Shown: positions 35,175 to 47,789, counted from the first letter of the whole stretch. The stretch: 62,896 nucleotides of DNA, filler included, from Globobulimina sp. (GCA_003354225.1; 43 parts of 43 records of this genome joined end to end with filler, not necessarily neighbours in it), one strand, 5' to 3'. Made by a program: numbers and translations. The notes: a model not told the origin generated them from the sequence alone.

Positions 35175-35831
35175 ATTCGGTTCGAGGATAAATTTAATTC
35201 TTGCAAACAAGTCAAATATTTTAAACCTTTAATGTCTTCGATTTGATTTGAAGACAAATTTAATATTTTTAAATTTGTCAAAGAATCAATCATTTGGATT
35301 TTTGAAATGAAGTTTGAATGCAAGTTTAAGTGAATTAAATTGTACGCTCTGTCCAGGTTTTGTATATTTGCAAATGAATGGATTTTTTTATCAAATAATT
35401 GCAAAGATTGTAATTTCCCGACAGCTATGGAATCATATTCTATTTCTAAATCAATTGAAATTGAACTTTGCTGTGAATTCACCGATTGTTCAACGTTTAT
35501 TTGCTCATTTTCTGTGTTTGTATGTATTGTATTTAATATTTGTTTCTTTCGCGATGGTGACAAAGTTTTAATATGGTTGGTATTGATGTGGTTAATCGGA
35601 TGTTTCTTAATGCTGGGCGGCGACAAGAAACGTGGAGATAAACTTATTCATTTTAATAGATACAGACTCAGCAATATATTTGTTATTTATTTTTACATGC
35701 CTTATTTTTTGTGCCTTGGGCAACAATGGAAGATTGAACGAATTTAATGAGCCCAAATCAAAATCAATGCTTGGGGTGTTTTCATAATCAACAGCGTCGA
35801 TAATAACTGGTTTGGGCACTTTCTTGTTCAT
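35175..35831 (-). CDS. SDS22-type leucine-rich-repeat protein (LRRCC1-like), 3'-partial; probable GC-AG intron 35643-35700
   Basis: LNLHSNFISKI, LNLSSNQIEDIKGL, LNLSSN repeats. Confidence 0.75.
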
Positions 35832-35911
35832 GATATATATATATATATTCAAAAATGTTTTGGAGTGGACTTTATAATCAAATTCAAAAACTTTTATTAT
35901 GTAGAGCTGAA

Positions 35912-36539
35912 ATGACAACGAAAATTCAAATCCATACCGTTAATTGTGAGGGTATAACTATCAGCGATAAAGCTAACCTGAATTATCTGGCTTGTTTAGT
36001 AATTGGTGCAGCTTCATTATTACCAAATAACTGTTTATTTGCGGCAATTGATTATATTACAAAATGTCATGGCGATGGAATTATTTTCCCGATAAATACT
36101 ATTATGGATATTTCTAATTTTACAGCAATTTCGTTTCTGATTTTATTTAGTCACTGTGTACCAATCAAATGCAGAATAATATTTTTTACTTTTGGCATTG
36201 CCATTTTATTGGCGATAACTCCGTATTGTGCTTACAATCATTGCTTCGTGTTATTTGTAGCAGCATGCAGTGGATGCACAGGAGGTACACTAAGCGTATC
36301 AATAATTGCTTACGCCCAAATATTTTCAAAACAGTATGTTAATGTTTTTGTTTTAATAATATCGATGACTAATCATATAATTCATATTTGCAAATACATC
36401 CAAATAGTTATGTTCAAGTTGCTTACATCGGACAGTCCCTTTCTGCACTGATTGTCTGTGCATTGAGATTTGTTACTAAGTCCGAAGAAACAGAAAGCAG
36501 TGCGAAGATTTATTTTCTCTGTTCATCTGTTATCGTATT
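35912..36539 (+). CDS. Equilibrative nucleoside transporter (ENT/SLC29), 3'-partial; intron 36334-36407
   Basis: IGAASLLP.N....AIDY, several TMs, Y.Q....GQSLSA...LR..TK...SA.IYF. Confidence 0.8.
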
Positions 36540-36639
36540 NNNNNNNNNNNNNNNNNNNNNNNNNNNNNNNNNNNNNNNNNNNNTTAATTAATTAANNNNN
36601 NNNNNNNNNNNNNNNNNNNNNNNNNNNNNNNNNNNNNNN

Positions 36640-38004
36640 AAACAAATATTTATTACATTTGGATGAATTGAAAAATAATAAAACCTCAAAAAAAAAACAC
36701 AAAAAATCTGACAAACCACAACAAAATCGCAGGAAAAACGTTGTATTCACAGCTAAAAAAAACAAAAAAATACGTACAACATCAATGGATAACACATTAG
36801 AATCAAATACCAAAAAACCCAAACTAATTAACACCAAATCAGCCGTACAAAAAAGCAGAAATAATTGCAAAAATCGCAGTAAATCTATTGATGCAAAAAA
36901 AAGTAAAAAAGGAGTGAAAAAAGAGAAAAATATGTCTGATATTAACATCGAGGAATGTTCAAAATATAAACATGAACGTATTCATTTCTCGCAAATGGAT
37001 ATGTTGCAATTACTAAATGGAAATAATTTAGGTTTGAAAGCAAACACAGTGTCAGACATAATTGCAAATGGCGGTAATTATAATATTCCTATACTCGAAT
37101 CGACGGAGTCAAAGAGAAAAAATGCGTTTTCGAATATTGTATTAAGTCAGGATTCATTGAATGAGTATCATTTAAGGTATATTTTATGCAATGAAGTCAA
37201 CATAAACATGCTCACAATGTCAATATATATGATATAATATATTCTGTCCAATTTAAATCTATTCATTTCATTGCGAAGTACATATATTTTGATAGAAAAT
37301 ACCTATTTGATGGTATAAATACAACCAATGTGATATCATATACATTGATACAAATGAGTAACATTACAAATTTCTAACATCAGAAACGTTTTTGACTTTT
37401 TGTAATATGTTTGCTTTTTTGTTATACGACAGTCGCAATTTATTGATTGGTGACATCCACATTGGACATAAATATTTATTAAAGAATGGCAAATATGGAA
37501 TTTGTTTATATGTCGGCGCAGTGCACTGGATAAATAACGGCAAAATAAGCGCAGACAATGAATATATTGGCATTGCATTGGAGACAAAAGACGGAAAACA
37601 CAATGGCGAATATAAAGGAAAGAGATACTTTCAATGTAAATCCCGCTGTGGTTTGTTTGTAAAAAGAAATAAATTGTTGAAAGATTGTGGACCGTTAAGT
37701 GCTTTTTATTGATATATTGTGTGGTTTATATATTATATATATTATACAGTGTGGGTCCAGACGAAATTGATAGAGTTTCAAAGAAAATAAGAAAACGCGG
37801 CGGATTGTTATATGATTTTGATTCGGATATTTCTGATTTATCGGATTTATCACAAAGTGAGTCAGATATTACACATTCTGGTCACAGTGATTTTGATGAT
37901 GATATTTACGATGATATGGATATGGATAATAAAGAAGATAATGACAGTGATGATATTGTGTCATTTATCGATTTGTTTAGTCCGCAAACACAAAATATTG
38001 TTAT
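36640..38004 (+). CDS. Multi-exon CAP-Gly domain protein, partial (exon boundaries not resolved)
   Basis: G...YVG....EYIGI.L....GKHNG...G.RYF.C....GLFV at 37450-37670. Confidence 0.75.
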
Positions 38005-38104
38005 NNNNNNNNNNNNNNNNNNNNNNNNNNNNNNNNNNNNNNNNNNNNTTAATTAATTAANNNNNNNNNNNNNNNNNNNNNNNNNNNNNNNNNNNNNNNN
38101 NNNN

Positions 38105-39469
38105 CAAGACACAGTCTACACAGACAAATTACAGGGCAACATAAAGCAAAGGACATTAAGAAATACCCAATAACCACGGTCGCAACAATTGGTGACCCCG
38201 GAGTGATCAAAACATTCACAGGAAAGGTAAGAAATTATCATTATTAGTTTATATTTTGTTGTTTCAGTTACAAAACTGTTCAATCATATTCATTCATCAT
38301 GGTGAAATCACTCAGATTATCGCAGAAGCGTCGTCATAAGTTGAGAGATGACTTTAATCAAAGTATCAAAAAAGCTCAAGCTATTATGGATATAGAACAT
38401 GAAGTAACAGATATGAACAAAAGAATTATTGAAGCTCAAGTCATCCAGAAAGGACTCGAAAGAGATATTAAAGAATATTTGGAAATTGCAGATGACATTG
38501 CAGTGAGCATTGATGAAAAAATAGATAATATGTCAGATGAAGAAAAAGCAGAAGTTGCAAAAGAAGAGGATCAGGATGATATAAGTTTGAAAGGAGCTAA
38601 CAATTGCTTGGACAGATTAGAAATTTGGTTGATGGGAAATGTCTCAGGTAATAAACAAGTAGGACTTGCACCACAAGCCAGTGCAACTCCAAGTCAGTCT
38701 TCTCAAGGAGTACCTTCAGGCAAGCAATCACAAGAGGATGTTATAGCAGAAGCAAATAAAGTTCACACTCGTGCAAAGGTACAAGTGGAGTTAAATTTAG
38801 AAGAGGCAAAACAAAAGATGGATCGCGGCACAGGTCTGATGGGTACAAGGGACTTGAGTAGTTTATCAAGAGAATTAATGGTGTTGATCAAACAAATGGA
38901 GAAGAATGAAGAAAAAATGCGAGCAGCAAATGATCAGATGGAAACTGCCTATCAAACAGTGGAGGATATAGACAAGTACAGTAAATTTCAGGCAGTACAA
39001 AGGAAAGAGGAGAATTATTTGAGACAAGTATCACACCAAATATCTGCCTTGGAGACATTCAAAGAAGAAGTTGAGAATAAAAAGAAGAAACTTGAAGGAA
39101 ATTCAGAAGTTCAAGAACTTCAGCAACAGGTGCTACAGTTGTTAGCTGACAGAAATAATGGTAGGGAGACACCAACAGTGCCAGTACAGTCCCCAGATAC
39201 CAATCATACTACAATGTCTGTTCCTCTGCCAAAATTGAACATTGAAATATATGATGGCAACATTATGAAATGGCAAGAATTTTGGGATTCATTTGAATCA
39301 GCAGTACATAAAAATGACAGGTTGACAGCAATTGCAAAATTTAATTATTTGAAATCAAAATTAACAGGAGAAGCAGAAAATGCAATTTCTGGTTTGCAGT
39401 TTTCTAATGAAAATTATCCAGTGGCGATAAACTTATTGGAAAAAGATTTGGGAATAAACAGGCTATTAT
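38105..39469 (+). mobile_element. gag: 5' part of a BEL/Pao LTR retrotransposon: LTR end (..CA 38187), PBS 38190-38207, gag 38299-39469
   Basis: DUF1759 motif LPKLNIE.YDG...KWQEFWDSFES.VH....L..I.KFNYLKS.L.GEA..I.GL....NY..A..LL; PBS TGGTGACCCCGGAGTGAT resembles the complement of the tRNA-Trp 3' end. Confidence 0.9.
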
Positions 39470-39569
39470 NNNNNNNNNNNNNNNNNNNNNNNNNNNNNNN
39501 NNNNNNNNNNNNNTTAATTAATTAANNNNNNNNNNNNNNNNNNNNNNNNNNNNNNNNNNNNNNNNNNNN

Positions 39570-39897
39570 AGTAACGGCAATGGATCAACTTTCCAATCAT
39601 TGTCATTTGACGGCGGAGGTTTTGTTGTTTTTCTTTGTCTTTGGTCGTTTTGCGTAATTCCTTGGCCCGTTGCCGTTTCTCTTCTGCTGCTTTTTCTTTT
39701 GCTAATTTTGCTGCTTTTGCTTCATGTTGGCGTTTTTGACGTGCCTTTTTTTGCAGAAACGTATTAAAATTGTTATTGTTATTGGCAGAATATATATATA
39801 CCAAAAGTCTGCGTTGAGCCATTGTTATTGGCATTATTTTCAGATTCGGCAGAGAACTGCGCCTGCGACGAAGGTTTGGTTTCTTGTTGGTACTCAT
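39570..39897 (-). CDS. Basic coiled-coil N-terminus of a hypothetical protein, partial (probably intron-containing)
   Basis: ATG start; K/R/E/A-rich helix. Confidence 0.35.
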
Positions 39898-39999
39898 TGT
39901 GCTAACTGAAGCTGGAGTGATACTTTTTTGGATTAAAAACCTTAAAAAAAATGGCGTTCCATAAATTAAATACCCAATCTGTATATAATTAAATTCGCG

Positions 40000-40934
40000 T
40001 TAATCATTTCCCCTTTTGTTTCCTCTTGGGCAGTAGGGCCCCATTCTACAGCATTCCCAACAACGACCAGCCAGATGTTTACAACCCCAACACATTGGTG
40101 TAGCACAGATATCACATTTTGATAGTTTATCTGCACATTTTTTATGTGTAGAACCAGATGGACAGCAAACAAGCTCCAACTTACATTCTTTACAAAACCA
40201 ACCCACAGCTTCTCCCTTTTCATTGCAACACTTCGAACACGATGTCAATTCCTCTGCGTCCATGTCCGTATATTCTAACTGATCATGAATGCACATAAAT
40301 TCTTTTTTTCCGCATTCAACGCAATCATAAAAATCCTGATCGATATAAACATAGTGATGAGCAGACAATCCACAATATTGAGCTCCACAATGTTTGCATT
40401 CTTTATCTCTGAAATAATCACATTCTTCATTACGACAAATAAAGGTACAGTCGTAGAGTCCTTCCATGTAAAAACATTCAACACTGTTCACATTAAATGG
40501 AGTGTCACATCCTGGGCATTTTTGATATCTCTCATCATTTCTAATTTCATAATGCTGCTCATGCTGTTTCATCTTCATTTTCTTCATCAAAACCACCATA
40601 TTCTTTTTCCGATTCAACAAAATCTCGCCATGCATTTAATTCCGAACCTGGTGTGGTATGATATTGCTTTTGACAAAATGGTTGTTGACAAATTCGAAAG
40701 TTACCAATCCCATATTTTGCTATTTCCACAATTATGACTGATGGAATTTTTAATGATTTGATCAATTGAGTTTTTTCAATGGATTTAAAAAGAGACAGAA
40801 ATTGTTTTTGATCCGATTTATGTTCAAATCCACTGTTTTTCATTAATTTCGCTTCGAAATTATTATCCTTATCTTCAACCATTAATCGCTGTTTCTTTTT
40901 TGCCGGACAAATAGAACTATCACAATCATCATCC
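40000..40934 (-). CDS. Cys-rich multi-CxxC protein split by a single frameshift at ~40570
   Basis: ORF 40559-40882 (IP..I..EIA.Y..G motif) overlaps ORF 40000-40635, which carries about ten CxxC pairs. Confidence 0.55.
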
Positions 40935-41034
40935 NNNNNNNNNNNNNNNNNNNNNNNNNNNNNNNNNNNNNNNNNNNNTTAATTAATTAANNNNNNNNNN
41001 NNNNNNNNNNNNNNNNNNNNNNNNNNNNNNNNNN

Positions 41035-41693
41035 TACATGTATTGCTGATCAATCTGCTATGTCCTGCTGTAGGTTTAGGTATTATTGGTATCATCGGTT
41101 TTTATACAAAGTTTCGTTTTACGTTTTTGTAACTATATAAGTCAATATTTTTGCATTGAATTTCAATTAGTTTGCCATTGCTATTTCCAAGTCTTGGACC
41201 AACAGCGTTTGTGCAATTTGCTATCTTTCAAGAAGCGCCAGCGTCCCCCAAAAATACATTAATTGGCCATCTGATTGGTATTATATTCGGTTATTTGGGT
41301 TTGTTAATATTTGGTTTGACAGATAATCCGAGCGTAGCGGTTGAAGGTATATCGATGGATCGTGTTGGTTGCATTGTATTTGCTTTGGGGTTTACGTGCG
41401 TATTGATGGTTTCATGTAAAATGGGCCACCCTCCCGCTGCTGCAACGACATTGATTGTTGCTATGGGCATATTAAAAGAATATAGTGATTTAGCTGTATT
41501 AATGGGAACAGTTATAATACTGACCATATTTGCGTTTATTGCCAATAGAATATTAAGGACTGACGCTATTTATCCAATATGGGGCAAAGTTGAGGAAGCA
41601 GAGTATACTATACATCGATCACTGCGTAGACAAGATGTGATGCGCGGCGTCCTTGAGGAAGAGATGGGATATCATCACTTCCCTTCTCTTTAA
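41035..41693 (+). CDS. HPP-family integral membrane protein, 5'-partial; intron 41111-41170
   Basis: LLFPSLGPTA, ASPKN.LIGH, GHPPAAATTL; the 60-nt GT-AG intron joins an upstream TM in frame. Confidence 0.88.
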
Positions 41694-43135
41694 ATGATTC
41701 CAATTATCCATTTGAATTTGTTACTGATTTGTATAATAACACACTAACTTTATTTTAACTTAGTTTTCTTGCCAGTTTCGTCATCGTTTTGATATTATGT
41801 GCTCTAGAAAAATATTTCTGAACGATTTGTCGTTTGTGCGGTGATAACATTGATTTTAAGATTTTCACGAACTAAGCTAGTCATTCTTCTTGGCACAAAA
41901 ACGTTTTTTACTCGATAATTGCAATTGCACTATCAGCGTTCTGCGATCATGCTGAAATGCTGTTTGTTTAAAATCCAGGCAGACAGTGTGCGATCAGTCT
42001 CAGCATCAGGACATCAGCAGACTCGATTAACATCAACATCAAGTAGTAATAGTATCGTATCATCAGCAACACCAACAATAACTGCATGTTCAACAATTTC
42101 TCCATGTTCAACATGTTCAAGTTCAACAAGTACATCACCAAAATCAAACTTAAAAAAATATACTATGAGACCTGATTTAACATCTAAAAAAAATTTAAAA
42201 TTACAATCCAATTCAAGAAGTAGACCACCACCCAAACATAAATACAACCAAATTGAACCAGATGAAGGCCTTAAATATATGACGCAGCATATCGAATATA
42301 ATCATAATTATAATGGTCTATACAGAGGTAACTGTTGTTGCTGTTGTTGTAATCACATCAGAACCATCAAACAATTGCAATTTCATGATTTAATGATGAN
42401 NNNNNNNNNNNNNNNNNNNNNNNNNNNNNNNNNNNNNNNNNNNTTAATTAATTAANNNNNNNNNNNNNNNNNNNNNNNNNNNNNNNNNNNNNNNNNNNNC
42501 TACTAATATATATATATATATGATTAAAAAAAAAATACTAATATATATATTATTACTCTACTAATATATATATGAATCATTAAGTATCCTGTCTGAATAT
42601 TCCGCTTAGTATGCTGACACAGTGTCATAATCTATCAATAAACTATTATTAAGATATTTATGCATTCATGTACGGAGGAATATTATTCGATACGACAAAA
42701 AATCATTCAACAAAAAATTTTGAACTAAATTTTTACTTTAACAATTTTTTGTATTAGATCATGGTACATAAATTAGTGCATAAATTTGATCATACTTAGC
42801 CTAAGAGGAATGTGCACTTTTTTATCCGTACAACATCCGAGTCCTCCCTGACATTGAGACTGAACTAACACTTGAAGTACAAATAAATATTTGGAAAAAC
42901 ATTCTTCAATACGTAAAAGAAACAAAACGATTCAACTACCTATACCAAGTGGACCTAAAGAATATATGCCCGATCATCCCCGATCAAGAAAGCTAGTGTA
43001 CGTCAGTACACCACTTTCTAAAATATCTTATATTTTTACCTTTGTTCATTGGTTCCAATCACCAAATAAAAGGACTTGTATCCTTTGGCGCTACCTGTCG
43101 AAGCAGACGATCGTTGAAAAAAAGTAGTGACTGGG

Positions 43136-43200
43136 TCAGCCAGACAACCACACAGCCAGCCTGCCAGACAGGCAGATAGGCAGACAGCCAGCCAGACAGT
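43136..43200 (+). repeat. Degenerate CAGN tetranucleotide microsatellite
   Basis: CAGC/CAGA runs. Confidence 0.6.
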
Positions 43201-43864
43201 GCTCATGTGCCTCAAGTGCATGACGACGACACCTGTGTGTATTGGATGGTCGTTTGGTTATAATAAACAACCACCCTGGCCACGACGAAGACAATACCTG
43301 TTGAGTATTTAAACAATTGTCAGTACTTGATGGCTTCTAGAAATGACGAAAGCATTGTTTCATCATTAAGTCTGATGTTAGAAAGAGTTTTTGAAGTTCA
43401 AAAAAAAAAGTTAGAATGTACGAATCTAAACCTTTAAATAATATACAGAGGTGTTCCCGCTAAGAACTACGTATATTATCTACTCATATATATATTATCA
43501 TACACTAATATATATATTATCTACTTGTCGAGGGATAATATATGATCATACACTAATATATATATATATATATATGAGTAATACTATGCGTAGTTCTTAG
43601 CGGGAACACCTCTGTATATTATTTAAAGGTTTAGATTCGTACATTCTAACTTTTTTTTTTTTGAACTTCAAAAACTCTTTCTAACATCAGACTTAATGAT
43701 GAAACAATGCTTTCGTCATTTCTAGAAGCCATCAAATACTGACAATTGTTTAAATACTCAACAGGTATTGTCTTCGTCGTGGCCAGCGTGGTTGTTTATT
43801 ATAACCAAACGACCATCCAATACACACAGGTGTCGTCGTCATGCACTTGAGGCACATGAGCACT
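43198..43864. repeat. Large palindrome: ~275-bp arms (43198-43470 / 43589-43864) around a (TA)n-rich spacer
   Basis: The arms are reverse complements with two substitutions and an A10 vs T12 run difference; the right arm is truncated by the contig end. Confidence 0.97.
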
Positions 43865-44334
43865 NNNNNNNNNNNNNNNNNNNNNNNNNNNNNNNNNNNN
43901 NNNNNNNNTTAATTAATTAANNNNNNNNNNNNNNNNNNNNNNNNNNNNNNNNNNNNNNNNNNNNAGAGTTATAAAAATCGACTATTTGAACTGCATCACA
44001 TCCACTCGAAAACTTTTACAATATTTGCATAGCCGTTTTTATAATGTTATAATTATATGCATAATAGCAACCAAATATTACCATCGTAGTATCACATGCA
44101 TAATATTAATTACATATGGATTGGAATGTGATATTACGAGAGTAATCGTACGCATATTAAATCCATTCCTACTCCGCCATATATGCCATATACTGGGAAA
44201 GAAATTTATGGAAGTTTGTTTTGCGTAGAAAAAGAGAATCAATCAAAAAACGTTAATTAAACCAACCCACCTAATGAAACACAAAGCATTTAAATTATTA
44301 ATGTCAAAAAAACAAAACACATATTAAAGTTATA

Positions 44335-45300
44335 TTATTTTTGTTTATATTGTTGCCATTCGATGCTCCATACAACAAACAATTCTTGTTTCATACGCTT
44401 GCAATTTGAAGTAATATTTCCATCGAGATTAATACTCCGGTTTTGTTTAAAATTATATTTTGTAGAATTAAAATGTCCAATAATCATTTGTTTAGTTTCT
44501 AATATTTCAACATGTTGAGCGTTAATTTGATGCCATTCAACAAAATACCATCGATCTACACATATATCCAATATATCTGTAATTAAAATAGTTTTAATAT
44601 GCATCAAATCGGCGTCAGTGTAATATTGTTTACTTTCTAAATTATTTTGCAATTCTTCAAATGTATCATATTCAAATATTGTATGCATTTTATTAGTATT
44701 CTTAATAAAATCATTTGATTTCTTTCTAATTCGAATATTTTTTTTTCGAACAGTAATTTGTTTACATAAATTTGTTGTTATTCCGAGATCTTTAGCTGGT
44801 TCTAATGACATTCGATCGTGAATAATATCAACATCATAAAACACGTTGAAAATAAAGATTTCGTTGATTTCAACTGTTTTTTTGCATAAAATTCGCAAAA
44901 TAGCAAAATTTTGTTCTACATCAGAAATCGGAATATATTTCATCTGATCTTGATTATAATTATCGATATCCATTTCATTATAATTATCTGTATCATAATA
45001 TACAGTATCAGACGAATCATATGATAGCGAATCACAATCTGTACAGAATTGTTGAATCTGCTCCTTATGTCTAATTGAAATAAAATTACAATAATCAAAT
45101 ACAATACGGCCAGATAATAAATGATGCCAGTTCCATAGATCAGTTTTTAACAAACTTAAAAAAGTGTCTACATCTAGATATGGCATAAATATTGACGGAA
45201 ATAGACCAAATAGAATTTCTTTAAATCCTCGCGATCGGAATAAAATAGCTTCTTTCATTATGATATTGTTACTGTGAATACTTCGGTTTACCGAAATCAT
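44335..45300 (-). CDS. Hypothetical intronless protein, possible F-box-like N-terminus
   Basis: 321-aa ORF; weak LFP.IF.YLD..TFLSL motif. Confidence 0.4.
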   Translation of the reverse strand: MISVNRSIHSNNIIMKEAILFRSRGFKEILFGLFPSIFMPYLDVDTFLSLLKTDLWNWHHLLSGRIVFDYCNFISIRHKEQIQQFCTDCDSLSYDSSDTVYYDTDNYNEMDIDNYNQDQMKYIPISDVEQNFAILRILCKKTVEINEIFIFNVFYDVDIIHDRMSLEPAKDLGITTNLCKQITVRKKNIRIRKKSNDFIKNTNKMHTIFEYDTFEELQNNLESKQYYTDADLMHIKTILITDILDICVDRWYFVEWHQINAQHVEILETKQMIIGHFNSTKYNFKQNRSINLDGNITSNCKRMKQELFVVWSIEWQQYKQK

Positions 45301-45847
45301 CGCGGTATTAATATATATAATTAAATATNNNNNNNNNNNNNNNNNNNNNNNNNNNNNNNNNNNNNNNNNNNNTTAATTAATTAANNNNNNNNNNNNNNNN
45401 NNNNNNNNNNNNNNNNNNNNNNNNNNNNGATTAAAATAAAGTCGTGACGGAATTTTTGTATTTAACCTTTTCATATATCTCTCAATTCACATTTTTTTTG
45501 TTGCCGATATCCAAAAAAAAAAGATTTGCTGTTTTTGTTACTATGGATATGAAGTTGTCAATGCGTTTTTGATGTCCATTTACATGCAAATAAATATATC
45601 TTTTGTTTCTAGTGTTTGTGTTGTTGTTTTATTCTTTGCTCATTTAAATGTACATAATGAAGTCCTACAATGCCATTTTTTTTGTTTTTTTATTAAAAAT
45701 ATGACTATGTAGTCATGGAAACGAGTCAGCAGTCTGATAGAGAATGTAGTCATTGAAAAATAAGTCACGAAAATTACGAAAAGTTCGAATCTCGCTCTCA
45801 CTCTTAAACGACAAACATTCATTATATTAATATTATATGCTGTCTTA

Positions 45848-46699
45848 TCAAAATTGAATGAATGGCAAAGCACATTTAAAGCATTCCAATAATTCTTTGC
45901 CATTGTTCCATTTCATAACATTACACTTTAATTCAATCCCATCTTTTTTAGCAATTTTTCTTTCCAATCCTCGTAATTTTGGATATTTCCGAACAAAAAC
46001 AAAATCATTTTCATTAAATCTCGTAACTGGACAATAATCACCGCTTCCATCACCAACAAAAATTTTAATTATATTGTTTTTATTTTTTTCATTTTTCATA
46101 ATCTCCTCCTCCAATATCTTCCCTTTACAAATATTTAACGAATCTTTTAATGGACAGTTATGCGGATTTTCCTTTGTATGATATCGTTTACATCGCATAA
46201 TTCCAGTTTTTTTATCATACCAACCTGGATTTGTATAAATTCTATTCGACGGAATAATATTTGGAAATAACTTATGATGCTCTAAAATTGTTTCAATTAA
46301 AATTGTATTTGCATCTGAAAGAACATATTGTTGTGTCATATTTTTATATTTATCATTTCCCAGAGTTTTAATAATATGCAAATTGGATAAATATATGGGA
46401 ATATCACATAAATATTTGGCAAAAGATTCTTTATTTAATTTGTAATCATTGAATAATTTTGGCCATGCAAATTGATCCATGATATCCGTAAATACAGTAA
46501 CTCCAATTTCTGCTGCTTCTGCATGCAACTTTGGATATATTTTATAATCATAATTTTTGACACCAAATAATTTTCTCATTACATAAAAATCACTGTTTTC
46601 ATTTATTAACGACCAATCAAAATCCCATAACACCATTATTATATTATCATCCTTATTTTCTTCTTTTTTTTCATCTTCTGTGATATTTGAAGCAAGCAT
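45848..46699 (-). CDS. PHOSPHO1/PHOSPHO2-like HAD phosphatase (pyridoxal phosphate / phosphoethanolamine phosphatase)
   Basis: WDFDWSLINENSD, LSDANT..IE.IL, IYTNP, H.C....N.CKG, VGDGSGDYCP. Confidence 0.9.
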   Translation of the reverse strand: MLASNITEDEKKEENKDDNIIMVLWDFDWSLINENSDFYVMRKLFGVKNYDYKIYPKLHAEAAEIGVTVFTDIMDQFAWPKLFNDYKLNKESFAKYLCDIPIYLSNLHIIKTLGNDKYKNMTQQYVLSDANTILIETILEHHKLFPNIIPSNRIYTNPGWYDKKTGIMRCKRYHTKENPHNCPLKDSLNICKGKILEEEIMKNEKNKNNIIKIFVGDGSGDYCPVTRFNENDFVFVRKYPKLRGLERKIAKKDGIELKCNVMKWNNGKELLECFKCALPFIQF

Positions 46700-47789
46700 T
46701 AAGTAATTAATGTTTTTTATTTACACTTCACTCTAATTATTCTAAATGGCGTCAGGACATGATCCAGCAAAGCTTTTACGTTGGATTATAAANNNNNNNN
46801 NNNNNNNNNNNNNNNNNNNNNNNNNNNNNNNNNNNNTTAATTAATTAANNNNNNNNNNNNNNNNNNNNNNNNNNNNNNNNNNNNNNNNNNNNGTTTTTAC
46901 TGCACAGATTCCAAAGAAATTAGAAGAGGATGAGCTGCGAAATAAAGTGGTTGCAAATCATAAAAAAATATTACAAATATTAATATGCGGTTTGCCAAAT
47001 GAGAAAGAGCAAAATGACGAAAAAGATGATGTATTGTTGCCATTTGAGGTGGAATATAAAAGGGAAAAACATTATAAATTGTTTAAAATTGCAATAATAA
47101 AAGCAATTAAATTGGATGTCGATGACAATAAACTTAATAATTATGGAGGAATATGATGTGAATAATGTGAAATTATCGATCCAGCAAACAAATGTTATTA
47201 ATAAATTGATATATTTCCAGAATTGATATTCGTGATTTGATTCAAGTAAATATGTTTTTCAGTACATTAGCAAATATGCCGTGTGATATCGATGAGTTTC
47301 GGAGTAATGAGTTTGCGATTGAACATATTATTGGATGAAGTGAATGGGAATATAAATATCAATGTGTTGCGTGCTATTTGTTGTGTTGCGATAATAAATT
47401 AAAACAAATATTCAATTCACCGGACTCAGTGTTGGCACATATTTATAAACATTATGTAATTAGAAATATCCGATATGATTATGATGTATCTGTGGAGAAT
47501 AAGCGCATTATGAATTGTGGCTGATTTTGTAGGTTTGTGTGTGTGTTTGTGTGTCTTAATTTGTACCAGCTCTGTTAAATTAAACTGTTAAAAGCAAGTC
47601 AGTCTGCGAAAACTGTAAAACTGTAAAACCTTTCTAACCATCGACCATTTCACAGGAAGCAAAAAGTCACATAGACTTAGGCGAGATTCTTATATTGGAT
47701 ATGATATCCAAATGCGCACTATCAGACCCATTTGACTTTTTAGGCTTAAACTTCTAAACACTTCGGTTTTCAACTTTGAACTTTGAATA

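Noticed and set aside
38190-38212. tRNA gene
   Set aside because: Only an ~18-nt complement of a tRNA 3' end (primer-binding site), with no cloverleaf.
22872-41693. Clustered anaerobic or nitrogen pathway (fumarate reductase + HPP + others)
   Set aside because: The genes lie on separate contigs joined artificially, so there is no linkage evidence.
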